Positions 58,128-64,000 of a stretch of 64,000 nt of DNA are shown here, one piece after another. The stretch comes from a bacterium. Lineage in GTDB: Bacteria > 4484-113. The position numbers and the translations under genes were made by a program. The stretch covers positions 8,017 to 72,016 of the forward strand of contig JAGGTK010000053.1 in NCBI GenBank assembly GCA_021163765.1. Reading direction: 5' to 3'. The notes under the pieces are model-generated. The model did no database searches. It worked only from the letters and a program-made list of their open reading frames with translations, and had not been told where the DNA came from. The stretch's first letter is position 1, and every line of letters starts with the position of its first letter.

Positions 58128-58799
58128 GTGACACTGGTTAGATGCTACTGGCTCGGACGCGCAGGATATAAACAGGTATGGGACCTGCAGCTCGCGCTGC
58201 ATTCCCGCATAATCGCCGGCAATCAGCCACCGACACTCCTCCTGCTGGAGCATAAGCCTGTTATCACTGTCGGGCGGCACGGCGATACATCCAATGTATA
58301 CCTTTCAGAGAACGAGCTTTCTGCAAAGGGCGTGGAACTGCACCGCATCGAGCGCGGGGGGGATGTAACCTACCATGGCCCAGGGCAGCTCATCGGCTAC
58401 CCGCTGCTAAACCTCAAGGAGCTTGGCCTGAGCGTGGCTGATTACCTGCGCAGCCTGGAGGAAAGCCTGATTGCGCTGCTCATTGAGCACGGCCTTGTCG
58501 CCAACCGTGAGCCAGGTTTCACCGGCGTATGGCACAAGGAAGGCAAGCTCACCGCAATCGGCATCGCTGTGAAGCGATGGGTGACTTTCCACGGTTTCGC
58601 GCTCAACGTCACAACAGACCTCAGCTATTTCGAGCTCATCAACCCTTGCGGGCTCTCCAGGCCGGTTACAAGCATCCAGCAACTAACTGGACTGTCGCCT
58701 GACTGCAAGCGGATGGCCCAGGAGTACCTGAAGGCGTTCAAGACGGCGTTCGGGGTGGAAACATCCGAGCTTATTTCAAGCTGGCCATCGCTGGAATAG
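58128..58799 (+). CDS. lipB: Lipoyl(octanoyl) transferase LipB
   Basis: LLEH, RGGDVTYHGPGQL, HGFALN, INPCG. Start is either GTG 58128 or ATG 58119. Confidence 0.93.
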   Translation: MTLVRCYWLGRAGYKQVWDLQLALHSRIIAGNQPPTLLLLEHKPVITVGRHGDTSNVYLSENELSAKGVELHRIERGGDVTYHGPGQLIGYPLLNLKELGLSVADYLRSLEESLIALLIEHGLVANREPGFTGVWHKEGKLTAIGIAVKRWVTFHGFALNVTTDLSYFELINPCGLSRPVTSIQQLTGLSPDCKRMAQEYLKAFKTAFGVETSELISSWPSLE

Positions 58800-58821
58800 G
58801 ACTGGGACGGATTTGACCGCC

Positions 58822-59661
58822 CTATGCCACTTTGTAAGTGCCCGCGCCGATACCGATGAGATCGCCCTGGGCTATCGTGCTCTCGGCAGTCCTCTGTCCG
58901 CCGACATAGGTACCGTTAGTGCTTCCCAGGTCGCGCACCTTCAGCGAATCCTCAGCCCATGTGACGACACAGTGGCGCCGGGAAACCTGCCTGTCTTCCG
59001 AAAGCACAATGTCGCCCTCAGAGCGGCCAATGAAATTATCACCTTGCTTCAGCGGGAAGCGCTGTCCAAGGTATGGCCCGGCGACACCAACCAGCGCCGG
59101 CTCGCCGGCTCCTTCTTGCCCGGCGGACGCGCCTACTGCGGCTGTGTCACGCGTAGCAGCAGGCTCGGCTGTGGCAATGGCTTCTGATACTGGGCGGCTT
59201 GGCGCAGGCCCCCGCTCATCGTGCACCGCAGCCATTCGTGTGGCCTGAACCTTATCGTAAACTAGTCGCCCTACGACAAGCGCAAGATAAACCAGGGCGA
59301 GAGCCATTCCCAGTATAAACGTGATAAAGGCGACACCCATCGGCCCTGATTCGAGATGAGGTGCGTCCAGAACGAAAATAAAGCGCGTACCCACCGCGCA
59401 GCCCACAAGCGTGCCGAGCGCACCCATCGCGCGCAGATAGTGCGAATCGCCCACCTCGGCAACGAGAATCAGCAGGTAGGCGGCAATGATAAACGAATAG
59501 ACTGCCAGCGCATCCAGCAATCCCTGGGTGCCCAGCTTGGCGGCAGACTGTGTGAGATATATATAGCCGGGAAGCCCGAGCGTTATCAGGAGGAGGAACA
59601 CGAACAAGCGCAGGAGCGGCTTGTTGTAGAGCATATTCGCAATTCCGCCTGCTGGCAGCAT
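58822..59661 (-). CDS. Four-TM membrane protein with a C-terminal FHA domain
   Basis: IGR, VSRRH, DLGSTNGT. The start could be ATG 59634. Confidence 0.85.
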   Translation of the reverse strand: MLPAGGIANMLYNKPLLRLFVFLLLITLGLPGYIYLTQSAAKLGTQGLLDALAVYSFIIAAYLLILVAEVGDSHYLRAMGALGTLVGCAVGTRFIFVLDAPHLESGPMGVAFITFILGMALALVYLALVVGRLVYDKVQATRMAAVHDERGPAPSRPVSEAIATAEPAATRDTAAVGASAGQEGAGEPALVGVAGPYLGQRFPLKQGDNFIGRSEGDIVLSEDRQVSRRHCVVTWAEDSLKVRDLGSTNGTYVGGQRTAESTIAQGDLIGIGAGTYKVA

Positions 59662-59680
59662 ATCGTCAAACGCCCCAGTG

Positions 59681-61399
59681 TTACTCGAGCGTTACCGTGA
59701 TCATATTGCTGTTAGCACGATAACCTTCGCCGATGGTTGGCTCAACCGCCTCAGGCGGGAAAACTGCCGTTACAAACGCACGGAATCCCGCTTCAAGATT
59801 TGGATCGTCCGTGTAGAGCATGCCGGTGCCCGTATCAATACTGAATGTGCCGGCTTCGTAAACCACAGGCGGCCCTTCGTCAGCCACTGGCCTGCCTATG
59901 GCCCAGCTAACATAGGGCGTGATGTCAATTTCCATATAGTCCTCAGCATCCCCGTCGTTATCGTCGAAAATGCCAATTGCCTCAAAATCGACCGGCGTGC
60001 CCAGGCTGACCGAGACATCCTCCGGCTCCTCCTGGCCCTCAACGCGCAGCGTTATGTCTAGAATGGAATAGATGGGTATCTCTACAACCGCGGACATAGC
60101 GAAGTTCTTTGCATCGTGCGCCACCACTCGCGCAACACCTACATCCGTCGCCGTCAACAGCCCCTTGTCGACTTCCGGTGTATCTCCTAAGGTAGCAGAG
60201 TTGCCGCCACTCTCAAGCATCCAGTCCACGAGTTCTGTGACATCCACCATCTCATCCTTGCCTTCGACCATAGCCCAGGCTTCGAGCTGGATAGAGATGT
60301 TTACGAACGGTTGCTCGTTATCTTCGATATCGTCCAGTGCTTCCTCGGTTATCACAAATGGTGCAGGGTCGGACGGACGGATCTCCAGCGACAGGATTTC
60401 AGTGATACCCTCGAACGTAAGTACGTTTGCCGACTCCACTCCTTCGTTGCCCTCAGCATCCTTTGGCACCACACGGTAGGAGTAGCGTCCGTCGATGGGC
60501 TCTGTGCTGTAAACATACTCCAGCGGCCCGTCGGCAGCTCTGGGATTCGGGTTTATATCTTCGCGCAGAACCATCCCCCCCGGGATATCGGTAAAGTCCT
60601 CGGAAGGCGGCACCGCAATCTGAACCTGGTATCCTGCAATGTCAACCCCGTAGAACATCGCCATCGGCGTGATATCTGAAATTCCAACCGTGCCGTTACG
60701 GTCATAGTCGGCAAGGAAATCCTCGTCATCATCAATGCCATCCGTCGATGAGTCGCCGTAGTTCATCGCGATAGGGCTTATATCAGCGATACTCACTTCG
60801 CCGCTGTTGTCGCCGTCGCCACTGTTGAGCTCATCCCATTGCAAAGTTACTACGTTGTTCGCGTCCATCGAGCCGGTAAGATGGACCGCGTTGTAATTGG
60901 GGTCCCGCGGAGCATCACATACCACGCGAGAGAGCGTCTCCGCTCCCGGACGGAATACGAGCCGGAAAAGGTCACAGTCGCCGCTCACTCCGGGGCGTTC
61001 GCCGAAATGAATGATTGCCGCGCCAAGAAACACCTGCGGTGCGCGCGGGATTACAGCGGAGATAGCATCTTGCCCCCCCAGCCCGTCGGCATACTCCGCC
61101 TCAACGAGCCGGTAGGAATCTGCGGGATACGTGAGTGAAAGCGCCGCAGCCTTCAGGTCTCTCGCGTCTCGCGCCCATACCCTGACCTCAAGTTCCCCTG
61201 TCATTGCGTCCAGACGCTGCTCAATCACGAAAGGAGTCGTCTCGCCTGTATAGACGCTGCCTTCGTCGCTGAGAATGAACGCGGGGACCCTGTCCGATGA
61301 CAGGGAAGAACTCTGAGTGAGCGACAGGCGTTCTCCTCCGGAACAGCCTACTACCAAAACCAGAAGAGCCGCAAATGCCGAATATTTGAGCATGTTCAT
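59681..61399 (-). CDS. Surface lipoprotein with cohesin-like, dockerin-like and Ig-like domains
   Basis: Lipobox LVVG-C; duplicated Ca-loop repeats GDGDNSGEVSIADISPIAMNYG and ADYDRNGTVGISDITPMAMFYG; highly acidic. Confidence 0.72.
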   Translation of the reverse strand: MNMLKYSAFAALLVLVVGCSGGERLSLTQSSSLSSDRVPAFILSDEGSVYTGETTPFVIEQRLDAMTGELEVRVWARDARDLKAAALSLTYPADSYRLVEAEYADGLGGQDAISAVIPRAPQVFLGAAIIHFGERPGVSGDCDLFRLVFRPGAETLSRVVCDAPRDPNYNAVHLTGSMDANNVVTLQWDELNSGDGDNSGEVSIADISPIAMNYGDSSTDGIDDDEDFLADYDRNGTVGISDITPMAMFYGVDIAGYQVQIAVPPSEDFTDIPGGMVLREDINPNPRAADGPLEYVYSTEPIDGRYSYRVVPKDAEGNEGVESANVLTFEGITEILSLEIRPSDPAPFVITEEALDDIEDNEQPFVNISIQLEAWAMVEGKDEMVDVTELVDWMLESGGNSATLGDTPEVDKGLLTATDVGVARVVAHDAKNFAMSAVVEIPIYSILDITLRVEGQEEPEDVSVSLGTPVDFEAIGIFDDNDGDAEDYMEIDITPYVSWAIGRPVADEGPPVVYEAGTFSIDTGTGMLYTDDPNLEAGFRAFVTAVFPPEAVEPTIGEGYRANSNMITVTLE

Positions 61400-61554
61400 G
61401 CGCAAGCCCCCACAGCACAATCGTTTCTTACAGATGTTCTATTTTACCACGAAAAAGCTTAAGAGCATCTTATACCCGCACTCAATGCAAGGACGCCCGC
61501 AATCTGGCAATAAGCCCAACAGCACGCCTGGATAATAAGGCAGATACTTGTGCC

Positions 61555-62100
61555 TTAGTCGCCTTCGTCCGGTACAAGCAGCCCGTAGCCGCTACTGCGG
61601 CGACGGTATACGACATTGATACTGTCGTTGTTGGAATTACGGAAGATGAAGAAGTCGTGCCCCGATAGCTCCATCTGAAGAACCGCCTCTTCAGGGCTCA
61701 TCGGTTTTACGGTGAACTTCTTCACACGGACAATCGCGCTATCTGAATCACCCGGCGCGAATGTTTCATCCGCACTTCCTTCATCCCCGTTTGTCCGGCG
61801 GCTGTCAATCATCCGCGTTTTGAACTTGCGGAGTTGCCTTTCCAGCTTCTCAACCACCGAATCGACGCCAGCGTAGAAAGAACTCCCCATCTCTTCAGCG
61901 CGAAGCAAATTGCCGGCAGCGTTGAGAGTAACCTCGACCTTCCGTGCGTTTTGTTTCTTTCCCCCGGCCTCGTCCACAAATTCAATATCGGCCGAGATGA
62001 TGTGATTGAAATACCTCTCCAGCCTTGTGACCTTACGCTCCCCATACTCTCTTAGCCTGCCGGATACCTCGAAATTCTTTCCCTTAGTGGTTAGCTGCAC
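61555..62100 (-). CDS. hpf: Ribosome hibernation promoting factor (long HPF)
   Basis: GKN.EVS..LR.Y, KLERQL.K.K, KPMS.EEAVLQM, VVYRR..YGL. Confidence 0.93.
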   Translation of the reverse strand: MQLTTKGKNFEVSGRLREYGERKVTRLERYFNHIISADIEFVDEAGGKKQNARKVEVTLNAAGNLLRAEEMGSSFYAGVDSVVEKLERQLRKFKTRMIDSRRTNGDEGSADETFAPGDSDSAIVRVKKFTVKPMSPEEAVLQMELSGHDFFIFRNSNNDSINVVYRRRSSGYGLLVPDEGD

Positions 62101-62281
62101 CGATCACGCCTCCTTTTTCAGAGTACCAAGCCCTCAACACACATTATACACTACCGTTGATTGGGCGACAATCGTTTGTCCGCATCATTCCGGCTGCCGA
62201 AAACAATCCGCTGCAACTTAGCCAAACACCAAAACATCCTTGTGCAACCCCACTCTTGTGCTAGAGTATTGACCTGTCGAA

Positions 62282-63109
62282 ATGGCTTTCCAGAAAACAC
62301 TACTTGCCAAGTGCGAAGTTCAAGGGCCCGGGTTCATCCACAACCAAGACACGCGCGCGATATTCCTGCCAGCCAAACCCGACAGCGGTATCGTCTTCGT
62401 CCGCTCAGACCTCAGCGATAAGCCCGTCATACACTGCGGGCCCGGCAGCCAGGAGCCGAGCGGGAGCTGCACGACGCTTAGGTCCGGCGATGCAACCATA
62501 GCCGTAATTGAACACCTTCTGGCAGCCTGCGCCGCTCTTGGCATCACCAACCTTTTAGTCGAGGTAAACGGCCCTGAAATGCCGATTCTGGACGGTAGCG
62601 CCAGGATTTACGCCGATACTTTTCTCGGAGTTGGCATTAAGGAGCAGCCCTCAACCTACCGGGAGTTGCCGCTGAACCGTCCGTTGCTCTTGGAAGACGG
62701 GGACTCAGCGATTATCGCCCTGCCCTGTGAGACCCTGCGCTTCTCGTATATGCTTGATTACTCTAAGTATCCAGAGATTGGCTGCGATTTCGTAACGGTT
62801 GATCCGGGATCGGATGACCTGCTAACAAACCTGCTTCCGGCTCGCACGTTTATCGCCGAACCAGACGCGCTGGCAGCAGTCCGGAGCGGGTCAATCAGGT
62901 CGACAGACGAAAATATGGGCCTGATAATCCGTTCAGGAGTTAAGCCGGAACTTAGAATGAGCGGCGAGTTCGCCCGTCACAAGATTCTTGACCTGATCGG
63001 CGACCTGCACGTCCTGGGCAAGACTGTTCGCGCCCATTACATCGGGATCAGGAGCGGCCACAAGCTGAACTCACAACTGGTGCGAGAGCTAGCCGCCCGA
63101 TTCCCCTAG
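62282..63109 (+). CDS. lpxC: UDP-3-O-acyl-N-acetylglucosamine deacetylase
   Basis: IEHLLAA, E.PILDGS, ARTF, RHKILDLIGDL, SGH. Confidence 0.9.
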   Translation: MAFQKTLLAKCEVQGPGFIHNQDTRAIFLPAKPDSGIVFVRSDLSDKPVIHCGPGSQEPSGSCTTLRSGDATIAVIEHLLAACAALGITNLLVEVNGPEMPILDGSARIYADTFLGVGIKEQPSTYRELPLNRPLLLEDGDSAIIALPCETLRFSYMLDYSKYPEIGCDFVTVDPGSDDLLTNLLPARTFIAEPDALAAVRSGSIRSTDENMGLIIRSGVKPELRMSGEFARHKILDLIGDLHVLGKTVRAHYIGIRSGHKLNSQLVRELAARFP

Positions 63110-63133
63110 AAGCTTCTCCCGGCCGGTGTATTC

Positions 63134-63637
63134 CTACTCCGCGGTCGCTGCCGGTTTCTCTTTGCGCTTGACGGCGAAGCCCACATCCAGGGAGTAATTG
63201 CCGGCTCCGGTCAAGAACAAGCCAAACAATACGGCTCCCAGCACCAGAGTATATTCTATACCCCCCTGGTAAACCGTTTCACCATGCTCGCCCCAGCCGT
63301 ACAGGACCATAAAGAATCCGCCGGTATACTCCACCATGGTCAGAAGCATAAGCATAACCAGCGCGTTCAGCAAAGCCGACAGGCGGGTCATAAGTCCGAA
63401 AATGATTAAGATGCCGCCGACGAACTGAACCAGGCCGAAAACCCATGCCCATCCGTGTGAGCCGATGAGGAAGTTAAGGCCGTGGAGATCCAGGTAAGCA
63501 GCATAATCCTCCATCCCAATGCCTGTCCACCAGTAGAAGAGAATCTGGCTGCCACGTGCGAAAAGCACTACACCAATAACCAGCCGTATGAGGAATAGCC
63601 CCGCGCTAAATGCGACGATCCGCCCATCCTCTTTCAT
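63134..63637 (-). CDS. DoxX-family membrane protein
   Basis: Four TM helices; GGILIIFGLMTR, GIEY, GAGNYSLD. Confidence 0.85.
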   Translation of the reverse strand: MKEDGRIVAFSAGLFLIRLVIGVVLFARGSQILFYWWTGIGMEDYAAYLDLHGLNFLIGSHGWAWVFGLVQFVGGILIIFGLMTRLSALLNALVMLMLLTMVEYTGGFFMVLYGWGEHGETVYQGGIEYTLVLGAVLFGLFLTGAGNYSLDVGFAVKRKEKPAATAE

Positions 63638-63761
63638 ATTTCGCCCCTCCTCGCGTTATGAGCTGATGAGCTATTTTAGCACATCCGAGTTGCAGCCTTT
63701 GCCGTGCCCGGTTACTGCAAGCCGCCAGGACTTCTCTGTCTCCGGGAATCTCCGCTGTTAA

Positions 63762-63797
63762 AACAGGTGGGGCCCACCCAAGCAGGCCCCGCCTGTT
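63762..63797 (-). terminator. Probable Rho-independent terminator
   Basis: Minus strand AACAGGCGGGGCC-N10-GGCCCCACCTGTT then TT; downstream of the partial ORF. Confidence 0.55.
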
Positions 63798-63817
63798 ACG
63801 CACACAGAATGAATCAG

Positions 63818-64000
63818 CTAATATTCGTTCGGCCAGATCCAGACGTGGAGCTCTTTAAACTCGTTATCTCCCAGGTAAGTATCCTCCAGCCCGTAGTAGT
63901 AAACCTCCTGGATCCACTTATGAGCGACCACGACATACGGGACGTCTCCGCTCGGCGGCAGGTCAAAGAAGTGGTAAAGGCCCTGCTCGTTGCTTTCGGC
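63818..64000 (-). CDS. C-terminus of a protein running off the window (carboxypeptidase-regulatory-like beta domain)
   Basis: Open frame AESNEQGLYHFFDLPPSGDVPYVVVAHKW...WPNEY*. Confidence 0.55.
   Translation of the reverse strand, partial: AESNEQGLYHFFDLPPSGDVPYVVVAHKWIQEVYYYGLEDTYLGDNEFKELHVWIWPNEY

Overview
64 kb of chromosome from an anaerobic, probably diderm bacterium (lpxC present; no taxonomic assignment attempted). It carries housekeeping genes (mtaB, lpdA, pyrF/pyrK, tsaB/tsaE, recN, nadK, glnA, smpB, murI, rph, icd, lipB, hpf, lpxC) and two 2-oxoacid:ferredoxin oxidoreductase (OFOR) operons, each preceded by a Rex-like operator. Four things stand out. (1) An unannotated ~410-nt, extensively base-paired, stand-alone RNA on the minus strand (about 24712 to 24300), with its own sigma70-type promoter and intrinsic terminator; by eye it matches none of RNase P, tmRNA, SRP or 6S. 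(2) A 12-kb operon in which a complete HdrA/MvhD/HdrD/HdrABC set sits between the beta and gamma genes of an OFOR, with no hydrogenase or Flx partner. (3) Both hdrA genes are split in the ORF track at an in-frame TGA (CxxU), each followed at the same distance by a covarying SECIS-like hairpin, so they are probably selenoproteins. (4) An uncharacterised membrane-anchored protein ends in Gly-rich ...CGG-TGA-TAA followed by a similar hairpin, a candidate new selenoprotein. No rRNA, tRNA, CRISPR array or mobile element was seen. All calls are by-eye motif recognition; no database search or folding program was run.
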